From the IMG/VR virus record IMGVR_UViG_3300014806_000004: a DNA stretch of 64,000 bases. One strand, written 5' to 3'. The position numbers were made by a program, and so were the translations under genes. The stretch is from a virus. Positions 1 to 11,461 of the stretch are shown here, piece by piece; position 1 is the stretch's first letter; every line of letters starts with the position of its first letter. The notes under the pieces were generated by a model. That model saw only the letters and a list, made by a program, of their open reading frames with translations, ran no database searches and was not told the origin of the DNA.

Positions 1-191
1 TTCCTGATTTAAAAGTTTATTTATGGACTGGATACTTGTATGAAGATTTAAAAAATTCAACAGATACAGTTATTTAGAATATATTCCAATTAGTTGATGT
101 GCTAATTGATGGGCCATATATTGAACATGAAAGAGATATTACGGAACCTCTTAGAGGAAGCCGCAATCAAAAAATAATTTATCTAAAATGA
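1..191 (+). CDS. nrdG: Anaerobic ribonucleotide reductase activating protein, C-terminal part (5' end lies outside the window)
   Basis: The reading frame enters the window and ends ...LWTGYLYEDL...IDVLIDGPYIEHERDITEPLRGSRNQKIIYLK. This matches the NrdG C-terminal signature (vDGP...RGSsNQri). It contains one in-frame TAG and ends at TGA 189-191. Confidence 0.55.
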
Positions 192-730
192 ACTTTGTAA
201 AGAGTATTTTAGGAGGATTAATGATAGCAATAGCTAGCTATATCTACTTATCTGTTGGAGGTATAGTTGGAGCTATTATGTTTTCCATTGGCCTACTGAC
301 TATATTAAATATGTAGTTTAAATTATTTACAGGTTCAGTTGGTTATATCAAGAGCAAAAATGATATAAAAGATAACTTCATTATTTTAATAGGAAATATT
401 ATTGGGGCGTGCGGGATCTTAGTCTTTCCGCACGCAGCCGCTCTATCTCTAGTCTCTGCTAAGATCGCAATCCCACTATATTTAGTTTTCTTAAAGGGGA
501 TGGTTTGTGGTATATTTATATATTCGGCAGTATCCTCGTTTAAAAGAAATAAAGATTATATGGTGCCAGTCTGCGTAACAGGTTTTATATTATTCGGCGG
601 AGAACACTGTATCGCAGATCTTTGTTACACTTTGGCCGCAGGTGTGCTTTCTATTGATATAGTATTATTTTTAATAGTAGTTACAATAGGCAATGCTATT
701 GGTGCAATTATTGTTGACAGAATAAAATAA
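188..730 (+). CDS. Small 6-TM membrane protein with formate/nitrite-transporter-like motifs (LFTG, GEHCIADL)
   Basis: ATG 188 overlaps the nrdG stop (ATGA). Six hydrophobic segments are present, with motifs FSIGLLTIL..LFTG and GEHCIADLCY reminiscent of the FNT family. It is much shorter than a canonical FNT (about 180 aa), so the call is tentative. One in-frame TAG. Confidence 0.35.
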
Positions 731-766
731 TTATGATATTATATTAAAAGAAATGGAGGACTAGAT

Positions 767-1111
767 ATGACTTTATACGAGCTAAATCAAGCGGGATATG
801 CCTCCCTTCCAAAAATGACAAAGGCTGAATTAGAGAAAGCTAAAGGAAATATTATCACATTCTTAGATTCCAATGATTCTAGATATTATATGATGCTTAA
901 TCACGATAATAAATATTTTACTTTATTTACCTATGAAAACGATATAAATAAAAATAAAATGGCAAGCGAGATTATTTCTGTTTCTAAGACACTTGGAGAA
1001 ATCAAGGCAATAGAGATAAATGGAAATATTGTAGAAATTTGGATTTTACATGGAGAAAAATGTGATATGTATGCGTTCTTTGATTATACAAAAGGGGTGA
1101 TATAGGTATGA
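767..1111 (+). CDS. Hypothetical protein
   Basis: ORF with an upstream RBS. The apparent TAG stop at 1103 is followed two codons later by TGA, which overlaps the next ATG (gtATGAc) in typical translational-coupling geometry if TAG is read through. Confidence 0.4.
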
Positions 1112-1374
1112 CAAATGCTATTATTGTAAATTATGATCCATTTGCTATGGAATCTGCTGTATATGTTGTTGATGATGGACTACAAAAACAAATGAAAGTA
1201 TGCTCTGATATTAATGGATTAGCTGAAGCCCTTGTAGGAATTGCTTATGGAAATGGAATATATAGTATACAAGTTCATGCTCCTTTTGCAATAACAGGAG
1301 AAATCAATAAACTTGTAAATGATTTGGAAAAAAATATGTATTCAAATAGTAAAATTACAGTTGAGGGAATTTAA
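1108..1374 (+). CDS. Hypothetical protein
   Basis: Intact 88-aa ORF with a start overlapping the upstream stop and a TAA stop. Confidence 0.4.
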   Translation: MTNAIIVNYDPFAMESAVYVVDDGLQKQMKVCSDINGLAEALVGIAYGNGIYSIQVHAPFAITGEINKLVNDLEKNMYSNSKITVEGI

Positions 1375-1375
1375 T

Positions 1376-1618
1376 ATGTTTTATAATTTAAAGTCTACAA
1401 ATACTTATAGGGTGCCTACTGTAGAAGATGCTCTTAGATTGCGCAAATGGTTAGAAAAAACCTCGGTAGGAGAATTAACTTCATTTAAATACACTACTAA
1501 ATATATTAAGCAAAAAGGTGAAATAGTTGAAGAGTATCAACTCGTCACCGCTACTATTACTATTGACAACGAGAAAGAACCAGAAGGCATTATGCCAATT
1601 ACCATTACGGAGGAATAA
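1376..1618 (+). CDS. Hypothetical protein
   Basis: ATG at 1376 preceded by GAGGGAA. The longer ORF-track call 1319..1618 is an upstream extension. Confidence 0.4.
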   Translation: MFYNLKSTNTYRVPTVEDALRLRKWLEKTSVGELTSFKYTTKYIKQKGEIVEEYQLVTATITIDNEKEPEGIMPITITEE

Positions 1619-1619
1619 T

Positions 1620-2186
1620 ATGAGTGTATATTTTGAGAAAGTAAGTCGCTTTAGTGACATTGATCTACCTATTCCAACCCGCGCGACCGCCAATTCCGCA
1701 GGTTATGATTTCGTAGTCGCAGAGGATACAGTTCTACCTCCAATGAATTTTTTAACTTCTAAAATTCAAGACCATATTTTTGAAAAAGATAGTGACAAGG
1801 ATTTTTATGGATTTGTGAGCCCTTTTACTCTTGATGATATGGCTAATCTTACTAAAGAATTAAAGTCTAAGATTACTCTTGTATCAACAGGAATGAAATG
1901 TCATTTAAATCCTGGTCAATATCTTGAATTAAGTGTTCGTAGTTCCACTCCTCTTAAACATTGGATTATTTGCGGAAATAGCGTTGGTATTATTGATGCC
2001 GATTATTGTGATAATCCAGATAATGAAGGAGAGATCTTTTTCCAGCTTGTTAATTTATCTCCTTTTGCTATTCAGTTAAAGCGTGGAGATAAAATTGGAC
2101 AAGGAATTATTAAGAGTTATCAAATTACTGATGACGATAATGCAACTGGAGAAAGACTTGGTGGATTCGGAAGCACATCTAAATGA
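1620..2186 (+). CDS. dut: dUTP diphosphatase (dUTPase)
   Basis: The five dUTPase motifs are recognisable: SAGYDFV, GNSVGIIDADYCDN, GDKIGQGII and ERLGGFGSTSK at the C-terminus. RBS GGAGG lies upstream of ATG 1620. The ORF-track 1527 start is a spurious 5' extension. TGA stop. Confidence 0.75.
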   Translation: MSVYFEKVSRFSDIDLPIPTRATANSAGYDFVVAEDTVLPPMNFLTSKIQDHIFEKDSDKDFYGFVSPFTLDDMANLTKELKSKITLVSTGMKCHLNPGQYLELSVRSSTPLKHWIICGNSVGIIDADYCDNPDNEGEIFFQLVNLSPFAIQLKRGDKIGQGIIKSYQITDDDNATGERLGGFGSTSK

Positions 2187-2662
2187 GTAATCTATTATCA
2201 CTCGATTAGAGTTCGAAGATTACCGGGTATGCGGTCTTTGAAGATAATAGGTTAAAAACTTTTGGTAAATTTGCTGTTGAAGATAATAATATAGATACTA
2301 GATTAGTAAAAATAAGATAGAAGATTAAAGATCTTATTGAATAGTATCATATAGATGAAGTAGTTTTTGAAGATATATAGTAGTAGAATAATATTTCTAA
2401 TAATGTTTAGACTTTTAAGATTTTAGCAGAAGTATATGGGGTAGTTTCTGAATTACTAGAACAAGAAAAAATTCCCCATTCTTCTATTTTAGCAGTAACA
2501 TGGAAATCTTTATTGGGTATAAAAGGAAAAACTCGACCAGAGTAGAAAAAAAATGCTCAGAATTATGTTTTTTATAATTATGGGGAAAAACCCACACAGG
2601 ATGAAAGTGACGCTGTTTGTATCGGCCTTGCGCATATTAAATAGCATCAATGTGCTTGGTAA
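2183..2662 (+). CDS. RuvC-like Holliday junction resolvase with about 10 in-frame TAG codons
   Basis: ATG 2183 overlaps the dut stop (ATGA). Read through TAG, the protein has N-terminal LLSLDqSSKITGYAVFE (catalytic Asp) and C-terminal GEKPTQDESDAVCIGLAHIK (RuvC DExDA motif). About 6% of its codons are TAG. Confidence 0.6.
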
Positions 2663-2681
2663 TATTGGTCTAAATAAAAAA

Positions 2682-2734
2682 ATCCTCCTTTCTTAACTTT
2701 AAAATAATTTGAGAAGTTAAGAAAGGAGGATTTT
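2682..2734 (+). promoter_or_regulatory. 18-bp perfect stem-loop whose 3' arm contains the RBS of the downstream gene
   Basis: aaatcctcctttcttaact(14-nt loop)agttaagaaaggaggattt lies immediately before ATG 2735. It sequesters GAAAGGAGG and may also terminate the ruvC-like transcript. Confidence 0.5.
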
Positions 2735-3166
2735 ATGTTTGCTTTTATTACAGAACATATAGTAGAAATTCTTTTTGGTCTAATTTCCGCTGGAGCGTTG
2801 GCTTTTTGTAGATACTTATATAAATAGTTAATGGCATATAAAAAAATGTTATAGGAAAAAGAAAATAATGATATAGTAGAACTTATTGACGAAAAATTAA
2901 AACCAATAGTAGAAGATATTGAAGAATTAAGAACATATATACGGAAAATAGAAGATAAAGAAAGACAAGATTTAACATTAATTATAGCTTCATATAGATT
3001 CAGACTTGTTTAGCTATGTAAAATATATATAAAGCAAGGATATATGACTCAAGATTAGTATGATCAACTAACAGAATTTTACAAACTATATCATTCTTTA
3101 GGTGGTAATGGACAAGCTAAAGAATATTATGAGAAAACCATGGAGTTAGAAATTAGATCAGAATAA
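2735..3166 (+). CDS. Hypothetical membrane-anchored coiled-coil protein
   Basis: An N-terminal TM helix (ILFGLISAGALAF) is followed by a charged helical region. Four in-frame TAGs; TAA stop. Confidence 0.4.
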
Positions 3167-3172
3167 AAAAAA

Positions 3173-3196
3173 TGGGGAACTCACTTGAGTTCCCCA
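3173..3196. terminator. Bidirectional rho-independent terminator between convergent genes
   Basis: The hairpin ggggaactcacttgagttcccc is flanked by an A-run and a T-run. Confidence 0.6.
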
Positions 3197-3507
3197 TCCT
3201 TCTTTAAGCGATTAAAAATAGAATTAGTCATATTTATTATTTCCTAGCCATATGTAGCAATTAAATCAGCTAGTAATTCTTCTTGTTCGATAGACAATTC
3301 TATTCCATAACTAAACATTGCAGCGTGCGTTAACTCATGACATAAAACTTTTTTCATCATTAATGGAGATAATTCTCCATTAATATAAATACCTTTAGTT
3401 TCATTATCACAAGCTCCTATCGTTAACTATCCATCGCTTCTAATTAACATAGGATGAATTGGAGAAGTTAAAAATAATTTCCATCCTTCTCCATTAATAT
3501 TAAACAT
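3181..3507 (-). CDS. Small HExxH-motif protein (putative zinc metallopeptidase-like)
   Basis: The 108-aa ORF overlaps the upstream gene end and contains VLCHELTHAAM. Two in-frame TAGs. It is the last gene of the minus-strand late operon. Confidence 0.35.
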
Positions 3508-4114
3508 GGTTTAAAGAAGATATTTTTGTAGCAAGAGCAGAAATTTTCTTTTCTAATAATTGTCTTTCTTCTGGGCTTGCGTCATCAATCATTTCAACTA
3601 AATCTTCGCTTAATTCTTTCATGTATTTATCTAATTCTTTCATCTTTATTTCTTTATCTTTATGAAGCTCTTTTGATTCCATATACATCCGACGCATCAT
3701 AGGACTACGACCTTCGCGAGAATCTCTTAAATCCATTGGAAATTCTTTCTCGTTATAATATATTGGTCTATCTCCATAGTTTCTGCGGCTATCCTACATA
3801 TCTCCTCTATCTGATTCAGTATATCTCCCTTGAGAATCTCTTGAACGAGGATAGTACATTCTACCCCATTCATTTCTGTCCATATCTCTATCGGGTAAAT
3901 AATATGGAGGAGTGATTGGAATGTAATACTTTCTATGTTCTTCATCTTTCTCTTCCATTGCTTTTACAATAGAACAGTAGTACATTGCCTGCTCTAAATC
4001 TTTTATCATATCAATAGCTTCGCCTAATTCATGAGTGTCTACATTATGAATATCACTTAGCTATGATTGAACACACCCAATAAGAGTTTCTTTCATATGT
4101 TTAAGTCTTTCCAT
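3500..4114 (-). CDS. Hypothetical protein with a charged, Arg/Tyr/Pro-rich middle
   Basis: RBS AAGGGTGG precedes ATG 4114. The ORF fragments 3794..4009 and 3500..3736 are in the same frame and joined by TAG. Confidence 0.4.
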
Positions 4115-4116
4115 AA

Positions 4117-4539
4117 TTAAGCCACCCTTTCAATAATTAAATTTGCATTTTGGACGTCAATAGTCTGAGTAGAAACATTTTTTACTGCAATTTCAAAGCA
4201 ACATCCTCTTGGCACATCAATAAATATAGAACTTGCTACATTATTATAATCTCCTACCGCCGCCGGAGTAGAAATCATAGTAGTAGAAGCTACCCCTTCT
4301 CCATTGATAGCAATAGCTAAAGAAATTGGGCCTGCTGTTCCACCTGCGGCGATTGCAATATTACCGCTAAAATGAGCTTTATATCTAGCTCTGCATTGAG
4401 TAGATGTATTACCTTTTAGTGTTACTAGTCCACTTCCAACGCGATGTAGTAGGCTGTTGGAACAGCCTACTACCGCATCGGTAAAAAGGACATTTTGATT
4501 AGCTTGTACTGTTTGTACGGCATTCGCAATAATTTCCAT
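4117..4539 (-). CDS. Protein with a BclA C-terminal / C1q-like domain (fibre or receptor-binding module?)
   Basis: The 140-aa TAG-free ORF has a Gly/Ala-rich beta-sandwich-like sequence (IAIAAGGTAGPISLAIAINGEG...FIDVPRGCCFEIAVKN) resembling the BclA_C/C1q fold. Confidence 0.35.
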   Translation of the reverse strand: MEIIANAVQTVQANQNVLFTDAVVGCSNSLLHRVGSGLVTLKGNTSTQCRARYKAHFSGNIAIAAGGTAGPISLAIAINGEGVASTTMISTPAAVGDYNNVASSIFIDVPRGCCFEIAVKNVSTQTIDVQNANLIIERVA

Positions 4540-4567
4540 TGAACCAAATCTCTCCTTTTAATTTAAA

Positions 4568-5473
4568 TCAGCATCCGCAACTATTCATGCTATAGCAACA
4601 GTTGGGGTTTGGTACTACGTAAGCGGGAATTGGATTATCACGTCCTAATCTACGGATAAGCTCCGCAGTTTGAGCTTCTTGGTTAGCTGTAATAAAGTTA
4701 TTTTGAGCCTGTTGAGAAGCAGCGAGACGAAGAGCTTGATTCTCGTTTTGCAAATCAGAGATTTTCTCCTGGCAGAGATAATCAAGAATTGCACGAGTTC
4801 CAGCATTTTGGCTATCAATAATATCACGAGTATTATTGGCCATAGAAGTCTGAAGCGCATTAGTATTAGTCGCTAGATTGTAGTTAACGTCGGCAAAACC
4901 TCTCTCAATCTGATGACCAGTCTCGCAGCAGCAATCTGCAATTTGGCGAGAAATAGCATTTTGATTTGTGAGATTATCAAAACTTGCTTGCTGAATTGCA
5001 GATTTTGTATCACAGCAACAGTTAGAAAGCTGTGTAGCTAAAGCATTTTGACCCTGCATTAAAGCTACATTAGTACTATTGAAACCTTGCTGTGTCTGAT
5101 ATCCAAGATTGCATACTGCGTTGTCTACTCCATGGAAACCATTTGTTAAAGCATTATTTAAAGTATATGTGCTATCGCAGATTCCCTACTGGATAGAATT
5201 AATTCCAGACTGTAGATTTTGAAAAGCAAAACCTTCATTAATGTCCGCGCGGGTTGCCCAACCTTGACCAGAAGGAGAACCCAAACCATTACTGTTGGTT
5301 CCATATCCACCAAAACCGCCAAATCCATTTCCCCATCCAGAGAAGCAGAATAAGAATAGAATTATAATCCACCAAGCTCCTCCATCGTTCCAAATTCCGC
5401 CATTGTTACGATCATTGCCACCTGTAGCAGCAGCAATATCAGCTAAAGAGTATCCATTGTTAGAATTGAACAT
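4568..5473 (-). CDS. Hypothetical membrane protein with a Gly-rich N-terminus and CCC/CCxxC motifs
   Basis: Two ORF fragments are joined by TAG. It has a TM helix (WWIIILFLFCFSGW) and repeated CCC motifs. RBS AAAGGAGGAA. Confidence 0.35.
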
Positions 5474-5498
5474 TTAAGTTCCTCCTTTAAGAAAATTA

Positions 5499-6170
5499 TT
5501 AAAGGCCGAGCATTTTCTTAAAGTCAGCAAACTCCTTGTCATAATTTAATCCTCTTTGGGATAAAAGATTTCTAGCTATTTGTTCAATCTCTTCGGTTTT
5601 ATTCTATTTGGCAAGATCTAACAAATTAGCTCCAAACGGATTATTCCCCATCTAACTTTCTAATATATTTAGAGTTAGCTATTGAGGATTCTATCCATTC
5701 CTAATCATTTGAATTAACTACATTGGATTCATTTCATCGGCTCCTTAAAAATCTAATTTTGGCTTTGATTCCTGCTATTGCGCTGTAGGCTATTTATTTG
5801 CCTATGGCGCAATTTTTTCTTTTAATTGAGCAAGTACGGTTTCAAATTCTTCTCTAGTAACAAACTAAGAAGGATTGACAACTGTTTCAATCGGAATATT
5901 TTTTAATTCATAAACATTAAGTGTTGAAGTTCCATCTAAATTTATCTATTTTGTATATATTTTTTTATTAGCTAAATCAGGAAAGAAAAATACAGAACCA
6001 TCAAAGTCAATGCTAGTCGCCTTTACTTCTTCTATTGAAGAAACTGGGCGACCTTTAATTCCAATCTAGGGCTATTCCACATAAGGCATTCTTTGTTGCG
6101 GAGCATAAGGGATTGCCGCATACTAAGGCTGCTATTGTTGTGGTATATAGTATGGATAATTAACTGCCAT
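5499..6170 (-). CDS. Hypothetical protein with a Gln/Pro-rich N-terminus (about 14 TAG codons)
   Basis: RBS AAAGGAGG precedes ATG 6170. The N-terminus reads YIPQQ-TAG-QP-TAG-YAAIPYAPQQ, so TAG codons are embedded in a poly-Gln context. Confidence 0.35.
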
Positions 6171-6306
6171 AGTTTTACCTCCTTTAAAATATTCCCTTGG
6201 CCTTTCATTATTATATAAAATCTTGGCAAAGATAATTTTACTATTTTGCCAAAATTTTTGCCAATTTTAGTATAAAAATATAATGGGGCATAGTAACCCC
6301 ATTATA

Positions 6307-6696
6307 TCATGATGCTCTATTTTCATTAACCGCGGCTTCAATGAGATTAGTTAGGTAAGTATTTAAGTCGCCAGTTGTCTCAATAATATATTGTTTTGCA
6401 TCAGATGATAAGATCTCTAATACAGATTCCATAGTCTTATCAAATGCAATTTTTTGAGCCTCAGCATCAAAAGCACCTTGTTCTTTTAAGCTATTAACAT
6501 AAGTCTGATTTGTAGCTATTACACATTTAGTAATAGTATCAAATATCATAGTGGTGTATTTCTAAGCTGTTTCATTCTCTGTCTTAGAATTTAACTCATC
6601 TCGTTTAGCAGAGAGGAAATCTACGAGATATTTTGTTAAAATACCAAGCAGAGGAAGAATACAAAGCTAGAATATTTGAATAACAATTTCAGGCAT
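6307..6696 (-). CDS. Holin, LL-H family (Phage_holin_6_1-like)
   Basis: An N-terminal TM helix (ILPLLGILTKYLVDFL) is followed by a soluble domain ending LTNLIEAAVNE, which is the typical LL-H holin layout. RBS AAGGAGGAAT. Two in-frame TAGs. Confidence 0.5.
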
Positions 6697-6751
6697 ATTA
6701 ATTCCTCCTTTATACTATATATAAAACAATAGGAAGATAATTTAACTTTAT

Positions 6752-7467
<716 letters not shown>

Positions 7468-7483
7468 TTATTATATAATATAT

Positions 7484-7888
7484 TTATACTCTGTTAATAA
7501 CAACATCTGCCGCAGGCATAATAAAATATAAAGTATCTTCTGATCCAGCTCTAGTCATTTTGTTATTTTTGTCATCTGGATCAATATTTATTCCTAAATC
7601 ACTCTCCGCCGGTATAATAGAGCCATTAACAGTTTTAAATGTATAATTAGGCAACCTACCTACGCCGCCAGAAATTACAAACTCTCCTGGTTTAGCGGTT
7701 GACTAAAAATTTAAGTCGGTATTATCTGTAATTTTATATTCTTTTTGAGAAAAAACTTCACTTACTTTTTCTGCCATTTGCCGAAAAGTTGTTCCATCTG
7801 GAATATCAATTTCTTTATTTATAAGATTTGTCTTTAAAATATTTTTTGTTTCACTTAAATAATCTAATTTATCCGCGATAGTGCCCAT
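7484..7888 (-). CDS. Hypothetical tail-fibre-associated protein
   Basis: The ORF 7703..7888 is extended through a TAG. ATG 7888 overlaps the upstream stop (TAATG). Confidence 0.35.
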
Positions 7889-8070
7889 TAAATCACTTCC
7901 CCATTTATGCTATCTAATACAGCGCCAATGTCACCAATAGAAGCTAAAATTTTATTAAACTCTTGTTCCGTTCCAGAATATCCACCATCTTTAGCTGCGT
8001 CATAAGCGGATTTTCCATTTAATCCAGGCTATCCTATTCCAGCAACCTTTTTTCCATTTACTTTAATCAT
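7888..8070 (-). CDS. Small protein with the GKSAYD..GY.GTEQEF motif found at phage tail-fibre N-termini
   Basis: The 60-aa sequence is MIKVNGKKVAGIG-TAG-PGLNGKSAYDAAKDGGYSGTEQEFNKIL... Confidence 0.35.
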
Positions 8071-8175
8071 TTTATTTCAACTCCAATTCATTATATATTA
8101 CATAAATAAATACATAATCTCCATATAAGAAAGACTAATTATCTCGTCCAACCCTAAATGTTACCTAATTTTCAT

Positions 8176-8772
8176 TTATAGAAATATTGTCAATAATAAA
8201 TGACAGATCGGGAGCGTTAATAGCTGCTTTAGAAATGACCCCCACTAATTCTTAAATTTTGCTAAAATGCTACCATGTATCATTTGAACCCCATCTGAGG
8301 TTTCAGGATTAGGCTATGTTACTAATACAATTACAGCAGGTTCTTTTTCTACTGCAAAAGAAACAGTTCCATATGATGAAATTCCTCCTCCAGCCCTGAC
8401 TGAAGAATTAAATGCCTTTATTTTTAACCAACTCCCTGTTTCAATTTGGCTTATATTTTCTGCAATAGTTGAAAAACTATCGGTTGCCGCAGTTTCTACT
8501 CCCTTGTCAGTGACTGCGGTCGCTATTAGGGCTTTGCCCTCACTGACATCGGTAAAAAGCTCATCAATAGCAGATTGAACATTAGTGGCTTTCATGCTTG
8601 AAGTTTCATTATTATATTCTATTGATGATGCAGTAAGATTTTCATTATCTTCTTCATCAAATTCAATAGTATAAGGCCCTGATCCTAATGTTTCTCCCAT
8701 TTCCGCGCTACCGCCTCCTGGCACGGTAATAGCATTTTGGTTTTTAACCTATCCAGTTAAAATACATTCCAT
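8176..8772 (-). CDS. Tail-fibre-like protein (ATNVQSAIDEL motif)
   Basis: RBS GAAAGGAG. The motif MKATNVQSAIDELFTDV is a common N-terminal signature of phage tail-fibre and tailspike proteins. Three in-frame TAGs. Confidence 0.45.
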
Positions 8773-8892
8773 AGATATTTTCTCCTTTCATCTAAAACCT
8801 TTAAAAAAGTACACTTTACTGAACTTGGTCAACTATATATAATTTATCTACTCTTTCTTTCATATATATTTGAAAAGAGTAAGATACTCACT

Positions 8893-8924
8893 TTTGGGAA
8901 AAGGGTTTCTTACCCTTTTCCCAA
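8893..8924. terminator. Bidirectional rho-independent terminator
   Basis: The hairpin gggaaaagggtttcttacccttttccc has T-tracts on both sides. Confidence 0.55.
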
Positions 8925-9097
8925 TTTTTTGTTATCTAGACAGAAGAAGTATTTTTCCTGTTAAAAAGTGTACTTTTTCTCGGAAATTGTTAATGACTTT
9001 CTAAAAGACTGGAGCGAAGATCGCTTCCATCCTCGACCTTCTATCTAGTAATTTAGATTTGTTTATAGCAATAGCTAGATAGAAGGAGGTAAACAAT

Positions 9098-10855
9098 TTG
9101 CCTAAATGTATTTTAGCTGAGTAGGGTGAAAAAGGTGGAGGCTCTCTTTTTCTTGTAAAAATTGAAGTAACCACTCCCCCTAATAAAACAAGCTATCTTG
9201 CTGGTGACACATTTAATCCTGCTGGAATGGTAGTTACCGCATCTTACGGCATGGATGGTGTTATTGTAACAACAGCAGAAGTAACTGGATATCAAGTTAC
9301 TCCAAATCCTTTAACAGATGGGGTTACTGAAGTAACTATTACTTATTCAGAACTCGGTGAAACTTATCAAACTACCTAGAAGGTAACTGTTATTCATAAA
9401 CTTCTTAGTATTCAGGTTACTACTAACCCAACTAAGATGACCTATGAATATGGTGACACCCTTCAAACAACAGGAATGGTAGTTACAGCGAGTTACTCTG
9501 ATAGTAAAAGCGCGGCTGTTACAGGTTATACGTGCTCACCAACATCCTTAACTACAGTTGGCAGCTAGCAAATTACTGTTTCTTATACAGAGAATGAAGT
9601 AACTCAATCTGCGAAATTTACGGTAACTGTTGAGCGTAAATCTGTCGCTAAACCAACCTGGAAAAGTAATCTTACCTATACAGGTAATAGTCAATCAGTA
9701 AGTGGAACTTCTTATTGGAATAATTTCAATACCACTTATATGACGATTGGCGGAACTACTTCCGCTACTAATGCAGGAACTTATACAGCTACATTTACTC
9801 TAAAGAGCAATTATAGATGGGCTGATAAGACAACCGATAACCTTGATGTAAACTGGATTATTAATAAAGTCGCGGGTAGTTTAACTGTAAATCCAACTTC
9901 TGTTGCTCTTGATGGAGATAATTATAGTACTGGCGTTAAAGTTACTATTACTCGTGCGGGAGATGGAGCTATTAGCTATACTCCAACTAGCGTTACCGGT
10001 CTTACCCTCTCTTTAAGTGGTAATATTCTTACTATTAAAGGTGATGGCAGTACGGCTATTTCTTCTACTACGATTACTATTAAAGTCGCGGCCGGAACTA
10101 ACCATACTGCTCCAGGTAACAAGACTGTTACAGTAACAGCAAGCTATTGGGAGTGGGGTTCTGAAACTGCTACTGGTGATGCTAAGTGGTGGGCTGGATT
10201 AAAGACCTGGGCAGCTAAGGCCTCTTCCAGCGAAAGAAAGAAATGCGTAGGTAAAAAGAAACTCGTAAGTCTTTCTAGTGCGGTACTTGGCGCTAACGCC
10301 GCTACAATGATTTGTATTGGCGCTGATTAGGACGGAACTGGAACATTAACTTTCCAGACTGCGGGAACTTTACCTAATACTACAACATTTGGTAGTAACG
10401 CGTTATGGAATGGTTCAACCGCTCAATCCTTGTGCAATGACTTTGGTAATAGATGTAGCGCAACCGCTTCTATTAAATCTGTTACTAAGAAGACAAGCTC
10501 TGCTAGTAATGGTAATTAGAATAATACTGCGGATGTTCAAACAACTGCAAAATGTTGGCTACCTTCTGAATGTGAGATGGGATTTACTAGCTCTAACGGC
10601 TATGCTAGTTCTTATTAGGAGTGGACTGTTGGAGGAAGTTAGACAGCCTATAGTTACTATACAAGCAACTCTACTAGAGTTAAATACCAGATGAACGCCA
10701 ATGGTTCGTTGACGAATTCAACGATGCGGTATTGGGAACGGTCCCGTTACTACAACTACTCGACCTACGTTTGCCTTGTCGGCAACGATGGATCTGCGAA
10801 CCACTACTACTACTACAACAGCTACGGGCTGGCGCCGGCTTTCGTCATTGGATAA
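9098..10855 (+). CDS. DGR variable (target) protein: Ig-like (BIG-type) repeats plus a C-terminal lectin-like variable domain
   Basis: TTG start 7 nt after AGGAGGT. It has repeated Ig-like modules (TYEYGDTLQTTGMVVTASYSDS...VTGYT...VSYTE). About 7 in-frame TAGs. The last 35 codons form the variable repeat (VR) and end at TAA 10853. Confidence 0.75.
10739..10842 (+). repeat. DGR variable repeat (VR), in-frame at the 3' end of the target gene
   Basis: It is 104 bp long. It matches the TR at every position except 15, and at all 15 the TR base is A (VR has T, C or G). The GC-rich 3' end GGGCTGGCGCCGG is IMH-like. Confidence 0.85.
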
Positions 10856-10936
10856 TACAGCAAAATAACAATTCGGGACAGTTAAGATTAAATTATCCAA
10901 TAAAAAAATTATATATTCAAGTGAGGGAAATTTTAA

Positions 10937-11275
10937 ATGTCTGTAAAAGTAAAGGATAGACACCTATCAAAACAAGACTGTCTTTATAAAGCCCGTGAAT
11001 TGGTTGGCTACATTTTAGTCTTAACTCGTCCCAGAGAATTTGATAAGGATGGAAAACAAATCTGCAAACCTGGACTGCTTGGAGAGGGTCAACCTCTTCA
11101 AGCGTTCGGGTACGATATAATTAAATGCGGAAAGGGTATACACGCTTGCTGCTATGAGGCGTGTAAGATAAACTTAAAAGATAAAGAAACCCTTACAAAG
11201 AGAAATGAATATCACAATAAAGCGATTGAATATTGTGATAGTATATTTCGACAAATCGACCTATGTATTTATTAG
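10937..11275 (+). CDS. Accessory variability determinant (Avd)-like small protein
   Basis: The 112-aa basic ORF lies between the VR and TR, which is the canonical Avd position. There is no direct sequence match, so the call rests on context. Confidence 0.45.
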   Translation: MSVKVKDRHLSKQDCLYKARELVGYILVLTRPREFDKDGKQICKPGLLGEGQPLQAFGYDIIKCGKGIHACCYEACKINLKDKETLTKRNEYHNKAIEYCDSIFRQIDLCIY

Positions 11276-11461
11276 TATGCTCAAAACAGCAAAAAGAAAA
11301 GAAGATCTTTTGAACATCTAGCTAGATTGACTAAGAAAGTAAAAGAATCAATCCAAGATAGAAAAAATAGAGATAAACTTATAGTCGAGCATAGATATTC
11401 GGCTCCTAAAACTCATAGGAGAGGTCGATAATATTTTTCTGCGGTTAAGTTCTGTATCTTT

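Noticed and set aside
1527-1619. The 5' part of the ORF-track call 1527..2186 (MKSINSSPLLLLL...).
   Set aside because: It overlaps the preceding gene in another frame. dUTPase homology and the RBS begin at ATG 1620.
10389-10963. ORFs 10389..10694 (+), 10718..10963 (-) and 10732..10959 (+) over the VR region, and 11494..11751 (+) and 11657..11845 (-) over the TR.
   Set aside because: They overlap the DGR target 3' end and the TR. They are artefacts of the repeated AAC/TAC-rich repeat sequence read in wrong frames.
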